Shown piece after piece: positions 25,543 through 39,142 of a stretch of DNA of 64,000 nucleotides (position 1 is its first letter; each line of letters starts with the position of its first letter). The position numbers and the translations under genes were made by a program. Under the pieces are notes generated by a model. The model did no database searches and had not been told where the DNA came from. It saw only the letters and a list, made by a program, of their open reading frames with translations. Source of the stretch: Octopus sinensis (taxonomy: Eukaryota); NCBI RefSeq assembly GCF_006345805.1, contig NC_043013.1:52328001-52392000 (forward strand), written 5' to 3'.

Positions 25543-28213
25543 CTGTTTCCAAACAAAAGACCAAAAGATTTTCAGCCAACACAATGGAGAGGGTAGAGGC
25601 GGGATGGTCACATCTGGAACAAAACTGATCTGGGGTTAAACAGCAACAAGGATGGACACATGAGATTAATGTAATCCTAGATACACTATGAATAAAAGAT
25701 GAGATGGTCATATCTGGAACACCCAGGTCTTCTGGATCAGGACTGACCTAGGGTTAAAGATAATATAGTGCTAGATACACTGTGTAAAGCCTGAATAAAA
25801 GATGAGTTGGTCACATATGGAACATCTAGATCTGCTGGATAAAGATTGACCTGGGGTTATACAGTAGCAAAGAGGGACACATTAGATATTGTAGTCTTAG
25901 ATTGACTATGCCTGGATGAAAGATGGGATGATCATATTTGGAACACCTGCTGGTATGGTCAGGTCTGGCCTAGGGCTAAACAATAATACACAATACAGTA
26001 TGTCTTGTTAGATACACTAATGTCTGAATACAAAATGGGATGGTCATATCTGGACTGCTTTAATCTAGTACCGTGATTCCCCAACGTGGGGCGAATGAAT
26101 TATTGAAATAAAAATTCTTTACACCCCTTCTGTAGACCAAGTTTATCAAAATCTTTGACACTTTAGCGACAACACAACAAGTCGTGACCTTCAAAGGCAT
26201 AGTTATAAGATCTGATGTCTCTAAAGTGGTAAACATGTACGCGCATTTGGTGTATGAGCGTGGGTGGTAGAATTCTATGGATGCACAAACACACAAAACG
26301 GAGAAAATGAAACAAATATGGATGACTTGGTTCAGAAACACCCGCAGATGGGGAACAGCTCCCAAATTCCTATATCCTCGGAATCTACATAATCCGAGGT
26401 ATACTTGTAGAGAATTTTATTAAAAAATATCCATTTTCTTGAAAGTTAAGACGAATTGAATTGGACTCCGGTGAAATTTCTGAAATCCCCCACCTTCACC
26501 CCTCCTAAAACACCCCCCCTCCCAAATTTTGTATATTCGGAATCTACATGATATAACACATATTCGTAGAAAATTCGTAGGCGCAGGAGTGGCTGTGTGG
26601 TAAGTAGCTTGCTTACCAACCACATGTTTACACTCAGGTTTAGTCCCACTGTGTGGCACCTTGGGCAAGTGTCTTCTACTACAGCCTCGGGCCGACCAAA
26701 GCCTTGGGAGTGGATTTGGTAGACAGAAACTGAAAGAAGCCCGTCGTATATATGTATATGTACGTGTGTGTTTGTCCCCCCAACTTCGCTTGACAACCGA
26801 TGCTGGTGTGTTTACATCCACGTAACGTAGCGGTTCGGCAAAAGAGACCGATAGAATAAGTACTAACCAATAAGGACACATGACATAATGTAGTCCAAGA
26901 TAGACTGTGTAATGTCAGAAGAGATGGTACAAAATGAAACTTTTTTTTTTTGGTTATATAAACAGGAAATCGTTGGAGGGGGTGGTCACATGAGGAGGAG
27001 ACATGAATAATAAGGTAGATGATGGAGGGGTGAGAAGGTGGGAAGGGGTTTGTTCTACAGTAAAACTAACAATGTTATGCCACATGTAGCAGCTTGTTGT
27101 TGTCATGTGGGCTACATGTTCCTACTTGGAAAAGCTGCATGGTATTAACTACTACTTTATCATCATCAACAGCTTCATAATAATAACAATCCTTTCTATT
27201 GTAGACACAAGGCCTGCATCGACCCCAGTGAGGTCGACTTTGCCTTTCATCCTTACGGGGTCGATAAATTAAGTACCAGTTATACACTGGGGTCGATGTA
27301 ATCGACTTACCCCCTCCCTCAAATTTCAGGCCTTGTGCCTAGAGTAGAAAGGATTATCATAGATGGTATGCTTCTTGTTCATGTTGGTATTGTTGCTGTT
27401 ATTTTTTAGCCCTAGGTCACGCATGATCCAGCAACAGACATTTAATAATTTCAGACAGTTTATCCCAGACTACACCACTCAATGTTCGTTCCTTTTATTA
27501 AATCAAACACTGGGGTGTACGAAAGATTTGGCTGCTATTTCTCTACAGTAAGATCTGATCTGAAGGAGATTTGGCTGTTATGTCTAATTGGTAGTGTGTG
27601 ATTTGAGGAAGATTTCGCTACTGTTTCTGATTGGCAGTATGTATGACTGGCGGCTAAGCTGGCTGCTACTTCTAGCAACTCCCTTGCCCACTTACTGGTT
27701 TTCTCGTGACAAAACCAAGTTTCTCCCGGAGTGCCAACCTACCATTACACCAACGTGCAAAACGTCCCCTAAACATATGAGTCTTGTCCTTCCTCCTAAT
27801 AATAGCAATTGCCCCGCTAGGAACAGCAGGGCAGTAAGTGAAAACGATATAGTGTTGGTTAGAAGGGGAGAGAACAACAGAATAATAAACAAGAGTAACT
27901 TCCCTTAGATAATTTATTAGGTTCTTGAAAATTTCGTGCGCTTTGAACGAGAAGTCTTATGAAGCGAAGATAGTGGATACTGATTCTTCTCAGAGCTGAA
28001 GAAATGATTTTAGGCTATTAACGCACTATGATGTGTTTTAAGTACAAGGTACTGCAGGAAAATACAAGGTGCGGCAGAAAAACCTCCCGTATTATGTAAC
28101 GGTAATTGATGTATTGCCAGTGGAGTCAAAAAGATTATCTTTATCGATGAGAGTTGTAGAGGAGTTGTATGTTTGTCTTTTCTCTGTCTCTCCCTCTCTC
28201 GTACACCCTCTGC

Positions 28214-28470
<257 letters not shown>

Positions 28471-29084
28471 TAATTTAATAAGAGGATATGTTAACCTCGT
28501 GAAGGGATGGTTCAATACCTAATATTGGGGAATGAAATTCCCCCAGAAACAATAGGCATATACTCTTTTACTTGTTTCAGTCATGTGACTGTGGCCATGC
28601 TGGAGCACCGCCTTTTTGGCCTAGTACTCATTTTATCGGTCTTTTTTTGCCGAACCGCGAAGTTACGGGGACGTAAACACACCAGCATCGGTTGTCAAGC
28701 GATGTTGGGGGGACGAACACAGACACACAAACACGCACATACAAATATATATATACATATATACGACGGGCTTCTTTCAGTTTCCCTCAACTGAATCCAC
28801 TCACAAGGCTTTGGTCGGCCCGAAGCTATAATAGAAGACACTTACCCAAGGTGCCACGCAGTGGGATTGAACCCGGAACCATGTGGTTCGTAAGCAAGCT
28901 ACTTACCACACAGCCACTCCTGCGCCTATATTAATCATATTGTAATATAATTATTGAGTATTAATTGAAACGGCTGTAGGAAGTGAAGATGACCAATTTT
29001 TGCTTATAAATAATTGTTAACTTCCTTACTTCCATTTCTTTTCTTCTTTTAACTGGACATAAACTACATACACACATATATATG

Positions 29085-29310
29085 AAGGCGACGAGCTGGC
29101 AGAAACGTTAGCACGCCGTTCGAAATGCGTAGCCGTATTTCGTCTGCCGTTACGTTCTGAGTTCAAATTCCGCTGAGGTCGACTTTGCCTTTCATCCTTT
29201 CGGGGTCGATAAATTAAGTACCAGTTACGCACTGGGGTCGATGTAATCGACTTCATCCCTTTGTCTGTCCTTGTTCGTCCCCTCTATGTTTAGCCCCTTG
29301 TGGGCAATAA
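29085..29310 (+). mobile_element. SINE-like family B (GAGCTGGCAGAATCGTTAGC...GAGTTCAAATTCCGCCGAGGTCGACTTTGCC), representative copy
   Basis: Other approximate copies: 65-280, 385-545, 4110-4300, 4515-4950, 11770-12150, 23830-24150(-), 27230-27350, 33885-34100, 60705-60890. Confidence 0.8.
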
Positions 29311-29345
29311 AGAAAGAAATATATATATATATATATTATATATAT

Positions 29346-29385
<40 letters not shown>

Positions 29386-29394
<9 letters not shown>

Positions 29395-29553
29395 ATATGT
29401 TACATTACTCAATAGTCAAGATAAAACTCTGAGTTTCAGATGCCGAAGTGGAAATCCAGATAACCGAAGAGATGGTGTTGTGGATTTCCACTTCGGCATC
29501 TGAAACTCAGAGTTTTATCTTGACTATTGAGTAATGTAACATATTATTTTATA
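29386..29553. repeat. Perfect 73-bp inverted repeat with 22-nt loop (MITE-like hairpin)
   Basis: 29386-29458 is the exact reverse complement of 29481-29553. It adjoins a (TA)n tract. Confidence 0.9.
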
Positions 29554-29619
29554 GATAAATTTCCTCTATTTACATAATATTGAGGTCGCTTTCTTTCTTT
29601 TGTTATCTTACCGTTTTTA

Positions 29620-29704
<85 letters not shown>

Positions 29705-30464
29705 TATACATACATATATATATGTATATATACATGTATATATGGGTACAGGACATTAAAAAAACGTGGACAGAATGAGAAACGAGAATTTTAAAAAACA
29801 AAATAATAGAAAACGAACTTTTTTTCGAATAACGATAAAAAACGCCAAACCAGCAGAGAAACGAGACATTCAACATAAAGAACATTCCCTTCATAAGTTA
29901 TTCCTTGTTTTATCTACTCCGTGTTTATAGGTATATATGTATGTAAAAGAAGCACTCCGTCGGTTGCGACGACGAGGGTCCCAGTTGATCCGATCAACGG
30001 AACAGCTTGCTCGTGTAATTAACGTGCAAGTGACTGAGTACTCCACAGACACGTGTACCCCTTAACATAGTTCTCAGGGAGATTCAACATGATACAGAGA
30101 GTGAAATACAGGTGCCACTCATTTTTGCCATCTGAGTGGACTGGAGCAACGTGAAATAAAGTGTCTTGCTCAAGAACACAACGCATCGCCGGGAATTGAA
30201 CTCACGACCTTACGATTGTGAGTTGAAAGCCCTAACCATTAAGCCACGCACCTTCACACATGTATATAGATATATGTATATATACACACATATACAACCA
30301 TAATTATGTACATACAGACACATATACGTACACACACACACACACATGTTCCTTTCTCTGAGAGTGAGGCAGTAAGAGAGGGCTTAAAGAAATGTTGTAG
30401 TATTAAAGGTGCTTTTAGGAAAATCTCGAAGAAAATGAGACAGCATATCGTGGAATTGGTAAAT

Positions 30465-30498
<34 letters not shown>

Positions 30499-30640
30499 CT
30501 ATCATCATCATCATCATCACCACAACCACCAAAATCATGATTATCTTCATGATCATCATCATCACTAGCACCACCACCACATCATCATGGTCGTCGTTAT
30601 CGTCTACCCTCCTCCTCCACCTCCTCGTCGTCACCACCAC

Positions 30641-30674
<34 letters not shown>

Positions 30675-31957
30675 TCCGCCGCCATCGCCATGATAATCAT
30701 TATTATCAATGACGTTGAATGTTTTGGCTATCATTTTTAATTGCTAATTACTTAAAATGTCTCCCCGCCCCTCACCTTCTGTGCAGACCATCAAGTTTAG
30801 ATATATCCTGTAGGCTTTTAAAAAATCTTGCCTCTTCCCCAGCCCTTCTTTTAAATGGTTTTTAAGAACAGTTTTACCTTTAAAAACGTTTTTGATACAA
30901 TTTTTCGAAATAAACCATGTCATATAGACTTGATTATTTGCATTTTTATCGCCTGGAATTTCCAGACCTAAGCTCTGGAGAAAAATCTGCTGCGTCTATA
31001 GGATAGGAACCGAAAAAGTTCGTTCTAGTAGCCATCCTTTTATCATCTTTTAGTCCGGAAGGGAGGCTGTGCCTATGACCCTTTATAGAGCCTTCAAGAC
31101 TGGTTAATGGGAAGGAGGAAAGTATTCTTAAACTAGGGACCTGGTCCATTTGCAACAGAATGAGCTCTGTTAAAGGTGTCAAAGGACCAGTGTGTGACCC
31201 TTTGGAACCGGTCTATACTTTCAGTTTATTCCCCAGTAACTATTTTGTTACCATATTTCTGTTAAAACACTCTGCTTTGTTTCATTAGTTTTCAAAATAA
31301 TAAAGAATTTGGTAAAATAACTCGGTCCTTATAATGCGATGTTTTGCTCATAAATTAACACGAAATTTTCTTCAAAATTTTTTTATGCAGATTACTTTAA
31401 CCCTTCCGTTATATTTCCTTTGAAATCCCCTGCATTCGTTTTGATTAATTATGAGAATAATGATGAATTAAAAAAAATAACTTAGTCATTATTAACCCAT
31501 TGCCTGGCATGAGTCCCATTTGGGGATCTGCTAAAAACAGTCTCAATGCTGGTTGTTCGATATATTTAAAGTGGATTGCTTATGCAGATTGCATTTGCTG
31601 AGGTGTGTTTAACAATATTTGGTAATTAAAGTTTGTCATTATTATCCCTGGCTAATTTTAGAAGACATTTTATGTCATATTCTGAACTACAAAAATATTG
31701 ACTGTTTTGAAACGGTTTTCGGTTTTCTTTTTGGCATTTCCCTTCTATATCATTCATTGATATTTCATACACATTCGAATTTGATAGTTTCAAAAAAACT
31801 AAAATGTTTATTATTGTAATGGAACAGAAAAGGATAAATATGTTTTTTGCAGCGATCCCCATTTGAGAATTTTCGAAAAAATTATAATTTCCAAAATACA
31901 TCTCGCATGAAGAAAATTTTAATTGATTAAAAACAATAATGGAGAACCTTGCAAAAT

Positions 31958-32100
31958 AAACAATTGCAGCGTGGAAGGTGTTTATTAGCCATTTAAGAAA
32001 CACACAAAAACCGTTAGATTCACTTCAACTTGAAGTGAATCTAACGGTTTTAGTATGTTTCTTAAATGGCTTATAAACACCTTCCATGCTGCAATTGTTT
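31958..32100. repeat. Near-perfect 143-bp palindrome (71-bp arms, 1-nt loop at 32029)
   Basis: AAACAATTGCAGC...GATTCACTTCAA-c-TTGAAGTGAATC...GCTGCAATTGTTT with about 4 mismatches. Confidence 0.9.
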
Positions 32101-32852
32101 TCGTTCCAGCACACGATCTCAGATCAGGTCACTTGCTATGCAAGTACATCTCCGTAATTTGTAAAATAACTTTGTCATTATTAAGTTGGTGTTTGGAAAT
32201 GAATTAACATTAAGTTCTGATGGAAAATTTAAATTTAAATCTCTTTCAAAAAGTAAGTTGGTGTCACTAGAACCAAGGACGGTCTTGGCTAGGTTGGTGC
32301 CCAAAGTGTCAAGACGTGTTTGTCCCAGTTTTAGAAAGAATACACATAAAATACGGAAATTAAAATAGTGTGATGGACCTTCAATAACATTTGTGACCGT
32401 TTGAATAAAATATTTAATAGTCAGTGCCACACTTCGTACAGAAATAAGCGACGCTTTTGTTTAGGTTCTTCCTGGGACATTAAACGCTCTTGTTTCAGTT
32501 TTTCAGAAAGAAAAAAAACAAAAAACGTTTGGTTTTATATTTTCAAAATCAAACCCAGAGAAGATTCTGTTGTAACCGTTAACGATCACCGCCAGATCAG
32601 CAACAGCATAATCTTTTGTCTTTAATCTTTAATCTATAATCTTTTTCTTGTTTCAGTCATTGGTCTGCGGCCACACTGGAGCAACACATTGAAGGGTTTT
32701 AATCGAAAAAATTAACCCCGGTACTTGTTTTCTTTTGAAACCTGCTCCTTATGTATCGGTCTTTTGTGTCGAATCGCTAAGTTACGGGGACGTAAGAAAC
32801 CTACACCGGTTGCCAAGTGATGCTGGTGGGGTGGGGTGACAAGCAAAAAGAC

Positions 32853-32883
<31 letters not shown>

Positions 32884-33053
32884 TATTTAGGCGCTGGAGT
32901 AACTGTGTGGTAAGACGCTTGTTTACTAACCCGCATGGTTCCGGGTTCAAACCTACTGCGTGGCACCTTGGGCAAGTGTCTTCTATAGCCTCGGGCTGAC
33001 CAAAGCCTTGTGAGTGGATTTGGCAGACGGAAACTGAAAGAAGCCTGTCATAT

Positions 33054-33107
<54 letters not shown>

Positions 33108-33499
33108 TGTATGTATGTATTTGTGTGTCTGTCTTTGTTCCTCCCATCGCTTAACCACTGGTGTTAGTGTGTTTACGTCCCCGTAACTTAGAGGTTCGCC
33201 AAAGAGTTCGGTAGAATAAGTTCTGGGGTCCATTTGTTCGACTATAGGCGATGCTCCAGCATGGCCGCACCCAAATGTTTGAAACAAATAAAAGAACACG
33301 CACACAAACGACGGACTGTTTCCGTCTACCGAATTTACTTACGAGGCATTGGTCGACGCGTATATATATATATTGGAAGACAATTGCCTGAGATGCCGCA
33401 CAGTAGAATTGAACCCAAAACCATGTATTTGTAAATCGCCCTTCTTAACCACATGAAGACAATATTGTTAACGTATAACCTGATATAGCTGGAAGCTAT

Positions 33500-33890
33500 C
33501 ACAATTTTCTGCAATTATTCTGTGTTGTGACTGGAAGAATAATGGTGGTTTACGCGAAAACTGATTGAGTTAAAGAACACGGCTAATGAGTCTTTGGATA
33601 CAATCGCTAATTATGTCAAGGAATCTCTGGAGAAAAGTGGTCTTTCTGAGAATTGTGTTGAATTCACAGGTGACAACTGCAACACAAATGTTTGCAAGAC
33701 TCGGCGGTAATGAAGACATTAATAACGTGTTTGGAAATTTGAAGAATATGTTTCAAAAGAGATCATTAATTGGAACTGGTTGTTCAGCTTCTATTTTAAA
33801 CAATTTGGTCCTTCAACATGCAACAGAAAGAATGGGGTCTGATACTGAAAATATCAAAGGTAAAATTTATCAATATTTTCGTATCTAAGG
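33500..33890 (+). mobile_element. Frameshifted hAT-like transposase fragment
   Basis: NESLDTIANYVKESLEK..FTGDNCNTN /fs/ FARLGG..NNVFGNLK..LIGTGCSASILNN resembles hAT catalytic-domain motifs (D-N-x-NTNF, C-x-x-H region). Confidence 0.6.
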
Positions 33891-34483
33891 TAGCGAGCCA
33901 GCGGAATTTCTAACACGGAGGGAAAAATGCATTGTGGGATTTCGTCTGTCTTTATGTTCTGAGTTCAAATGTTGGCGAAGTCGACTCTGCCTTTCGTGTT
34001 TTGGAGGTCGATAAAATAAGTACCAGTCGAGTACTGGGGTCGATGTAACCAGATTCTTCCTTTTCCCTTAGCCTCGTGCCAGAATTTGAAACCAATATCT
34101 GGAACTGAACAACTATTCTAAGAGGATTGTGATTCAATTGGTTTTGTATAGAGGGCGCTCCTCTCGCACTACGCGACCCACTGGTTGTTGCTATCACTTA
34201 GTATCAACAGACAACTACAAAAGACCTTCAAATCCCGGTTTTTCCATCACAAAAATCAAAATCCTGACAAGAGTTAAACAGGTTCTTTGAGAATGAAACG
34301 AATGGGTTACAGGTGTGGCAGTGTGGTAAGAAGTTTGCTTCCCAACCACATAGTTCCGGGTTCAGTCCTACTTCGTGGCACCTTGCACAAGTGCCTTCTA
34401 CTATAACCTTGGGCCGACCAAAGCCTTGTGAGTGGATGATCAACACTTGTGTATGATCAACTCTGCTATCGCCACAGAGCAGA

Positions 34484-34535
<52 letters not shown>

Positions 34536-34574
34536 TCTCTCTCTGCTCTGTGGTGATAGCAGAGTTGATCATTC

Positions 34575-35757
34575 TTTTCTACCCTAGGCATAAAATGAAT
34601 GTTGGGGAGCTTCATCCTGTTCATGGGCCAAAAGAAGCGATGGCCCAAACTGGTGTCGATGTCACTAATTTGTCGAAAACAGATGATGATTATTGTTGCA
34701 CTGGATTCCTTTCCCAAATGGCCTGAGTCTCGACCAACGAAAGATCACATAGCGGAAAGTGTGGGAATCTTTCTCGTCGAGGATGTTATTTGTCTCGACA
34801 TGGCTGTATTAAAATTCAGATAAATGACCAAGGAAGGGAATTCGTATACAGAGTGTCTGCAGAACTACATAAACTGACAGGAAGCGCTTATCACCCTCAA
34901 GCAAATGGCCTCGTGGAGCGACAGAATCGCACTGTAAAAGATGCTTTTCTCAAATCCCTCGAGGACCGTGGCAACTGGGTTGAATGCTTACCTGCAGTTC
35001 TGCTTACATATCGAACAGCCAAACATTCTTCAACACATTTTACCCATTTCAAATTTTATAGAACTAGCAAACTACACTTCCAGTTGAACTACAGCACAAC
35101 CCAACTGCCAAAGATCGGGACAGTTTTGGAAATGATCGATCTATATCTAGAAAAAATGATGTTATGACAGCTATTCGGGACAGTATGATTTCTCGAGTTG
35201 CCTCCAATATTAGAATAGCTGAGTCCGTTCAAAGAGGAGAATACGATAGAAAACACGAACAGTTTGTTCGAGAGGACAGAAAGGGGGGACATTTTACGGA
35301 ACGCCGCACAGGTCCTTACACTGTTGCAGAAGTTTGTGGCAAAAATACCTCTCGACTTTCAGATAACAATAAAATACTAGAAAAGAAAGTAAATGCTATC
35401 AACCTCACTCGATATATTGAGCAAGTAAAAAACGAAAAACAAATTACGAAAATCAAGAAAATCTAAGAAAAAAAAATTGCAGGGATGATTTAATGTATAT
35501 AAATACATTTCGTTACCATCATAAAAGTGTTTAAAAAAATTTAACATTTTTGTCTTATTTTCATATTTTAAAATTAGTTTACAATCATGAATATAATCTG
35601 TGTTTAATGTTATCAAAATATCAGGAGGTCTTAGAATTTATTATTTTAGAAAAATCATCGAAGGTGTAATGTGAACAGCGCGGGAGTAATCTGAAATCGA
35701 TTTCAGGTTACCGGGAGATAGATTGAAATGGGGTGGGGGTAAATTGAAATCTTTACA
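34575..35757 (+). mobile_element. Decayed Gypsy/Ginger-type rve integrase with C-terminal GPY/F module
   Basis: Fragments across frames: IIVALDSFPKWPESRP, I..DQGREF, SAYHPQANGLVERQNRTVK, W...LPAVLLTYRT, RRTGPYTVAEV. No RT, RNase H or LTR nearby. Confidence 0.8.
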
Positions 35758-36265
35758 TCGGTACATAGCTGGTGGTTTATCATATTTATTTAAGAAATTA
35801 TTTATAAAATAATTTATGTAATATTATGATAATGGAAACTCAGCTACTAACAGCTGTTACCACAGCGCAGAAACAATTGTTGTGTGCAATCAAATCCTAT
35901 TCATTCCGCCTTGGCTTATAAATTTTCATATAAATTTTGCATACTCTAACAGAGTTCCCCATGTATATCCAGTAAAAAGAATAACCCTACTGTATGATGG
36001 CATATGGTAGCCGATAACAGTATAGGAGCTTTGAAATGCCTGTTATAAGGTTATTACCCAGATGATATTATACACACATACACATACACACTTATGTATA
36101 TTTATGTATATATATATTTGAATATTCTGTTTTGTTTGGGGAGAGTCATTTTCTTTTTGTGCCTTATAATGTAACACACTCACCGGTAAAATTTCCACTT
36201 ATTTCTTATTTTTATTTTTCTAAAATTTTCGTTGCGTCTTGCAAACTTTTTAATAGTCTTGGCTA

Positions 36266-37205
36266 TTGAAAAGGTGGCGAACACGTACATCGCTTCCGTC
36301 ATCTACTACCGCCTGACCGTCGTGCCTTGTCCCGACCCTACCATCACCAAACTATAACGCATTCTCTTCCGCTTCTTGTGGAAAGGCTGCGTTCCCATGG
36401 TCAGGCGATCCGTTTGCTGTCAACACCCGTTAAAAGGAGGGCTGGGACATGCGCTGAGACTACGACACCTCCGGCTCTACGTAGACGACGGTGAAATGGT
36501 GTGGTCGCCGTTTGTGAGGCACACTTTCCCGCAGCTTGTCTCCATGACCGAACTGCAGTCGTGGATCAAAAAGAGGCTGAGGAAGGGCGAACGGCACCGC
36601 GAGTGTCGCGTTGCTCTCGAGCAATTATGCCGTCCCGAGTCGACCTTGAGCGACTGCAACACAACCAAAGCATTCTATAGGAGATTAGTGGAGGGGAGGT
36701 ACGACGACGATCTCGGGTCGAACGTGGGCGTCGACGAAGAATACCTGACCCACCTGTTCAAGACGACTTTCGGGCTGGAACAACTTCCAGAGATCCCTGG
36801 CCTGGCAGTGCTACCGAGAAGCGCTACCCGTTCGGGATAAGCTCTACAGACACGGCTCGAGAAACACGGGGCCGACCTGCCCGAGATGCGGTCAGAGCGA
36901 CGAAACCGTCCTGCACACACTCGTACAGTGTCCAACCATTTCCGACCTGTGGGCTCATGGTGAACGACTGCTATCGCGTGTGGGACGAGTCGGTTTATCA
37001 ACCGAGTCTATCGTGAATATTGTCGCGCCTCCCTCCTTGAAACGGGAAGGAAGAGCTATTTTCACCATCCTTGTGGCTATGGCGAAAGAATGTATCTGGT
37101 GGACGCGTCTGAAAGGTCTAGAGACAAACAGTTTCCTCTCTGGTGAATCTCTCATCAACGTCTTCAAGTATCACTTGAAGAGGAAGGTGAGAAGTTCTGT
37201 CTAGT
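36266..37205 (+). mobile_element. 5'-truncated Tx1/L1-clade non-LTR retrotransposon (post-RT region and zf-RVT)
   Basis: Fragments IASVIYYRL..ILFRFLWKG..VRRSVC.QHPLKGGLG and the zinc knuckle CPRCGQSDETVLHTLVQC, with stops and frameshifts. Confidence 0.8.
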
Positions 37206-37612
37206 GAATGTTTCAAAAAAATATGGGTGAATGTAGCAAGGATGGCACGTGAATGACGAAGCCACCTTGAGCATAATCTTATGAACCAAAAGAAAAAAAA
37301 GAAAGGTAAAAAGAGAGTTACTTACTGTAATGTGTTTTTTTTGCATGACATTATTGCCCAAGGTTACCATGGTCTTTTCCGTAGGTTTTTCTTTCCACAG
37401 ATAAGCCTAATCTGTTTGCCCTTTTTACATTATGACATTTCTGTGATACACGATCCCTATTGATCGGCCCTTCTTTTTTACGATCGCTTTTGATCGAAAT
37501 TCTCTGCCCCTTTTTCTTTTTTCAATTTTTCTTTTCTTCTTCCCCAAAAGAAAAGCTCTACTTTGTATTTTGTCCATTCTGTGTTCATCCCTGCGTGGCC
37601 AATAAAGAAACA

Positions 37613-37705
<93 letters not shown>

Positions 37706-37730
37706 GCATGCCTGTCTGTCTGTCTATCTA

Positions 37731-37797
<67 letters not shown>

Positions 37798-37821
37798 CTC
37801 CATTTATCTATCTCTCCATTC

Positions 37822-37901
<80 letters not shown>

Positions 37902-37923
37902 CTCCATTTATCTATCTCTCCAT

Positions 37924-37994
<71 letters not shown>

Positions 37995-38087
37995 GCTATC
38001 TATCTATCTATCTGTCTGCTTGTCTGTCGATGTGTGTATGTATGTGTGTATGTATGTATGTATGTATGTATCAGTGACAAAAAATAA

Positions 38088-38337
38088 AATTCACGAGATT
38101 CTTTATTCAAATCCCCTACAATTGTTTCGACTCTATCTCGCACCTGTAGCTCATAGGTGAGATGGTGTGCAGTCAATTGTCTTGCATCACAGGTATAGAA
38201 TGCGCCTCCTTAGGTGAGTTTCTAAATAAGTACCTCGCTATATCCGAAGTAAATCTGGTAGCACGAGCAGATATAGCGAGGTGCTTGTTTAAAGTAGAAA
38301 CAATTGTAGTGGGTTTGAATAAAGAATCTCGTGAATT
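38088..38337. mobile_element. MITE-like element with ~41-bp TIRs
   Basis: AATTCACGAGATTCTTTATTCAAA..CTACAATTGTTTC at the left and its reverse complement at 38298-38337, plus a second internal stem. Confidence 0.75.
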
Positions 38338-38394
38338 CCATTTCCTGTCGCTGATCTGTTTATATAAACCCTACAGACACAATGAGGTTCCTGT

Positions 38395-38440
38395 AATTAT
38401 TATTATTATTATTATCCTTCTTATTATTTTTATTATCCTT

Positions 38441-38473
<33 letters not shown>

Positions 38474-38483
38474 TTTATTATCC

Positions 38484-38521
<38 letters not shown>

Positions 38522-38579
38522 GTTATTGTTATTATTATTATCATTATTATTATTATTATTATTATTATTTTTATTATCC

Positions 38580-38613
<34 letters not shown>

Positions 38614-38615
38614 CA

Positions 38616-38695
<80 letters not shown>

Positions 38696-38700
38696 TTCTT
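38395..38700. repeat. (ATT)n-rich microsatellite
   Basis: Seen directly. Similar tract at 4305-4510. Confidence 0.95.
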
Positions 38701-39044
38701 CTGTTATTTTAAAGTGCTAAAAACGAAATGGTTTCCTGTTCTGGTGAAGATATGAACACAACCGGATGTGTGTATTTGAATAAAAATTCTTACGTTGACT
38801 TTATCTGTTGCTTTATTTATTGTCCTTCATACGCATGCGCGTCCGTGTGTGTTTGTGAGTTAATTGTCTTATCTAAGTACACATCATATCTTTTCTTCTT
38901 TGCTATCGCGTATTTACTTACACACCTATCTTACTTATATACACACACACACATCATTCGGGTGGAGGGGTTACATATATGCAAACATGCATAAATACAC
39001 ATACATACATACAACTCTGCACATACATACATACACACACATAC

Positions 39045-39142
<98 letters not shown>

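Larger units (their letters stand above)
20140..27228 (-). repeat. Right arm of large inverted segmental duplication
   Basis: Reverse complement of the left arm with arm-specific indels. Paired ORF translations are near-identical (5973-6185 vs 22792-23004, 6312-6542 vs 22435-22665, 1444-1653 vs 25402-25611). Confidence 0.92.
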
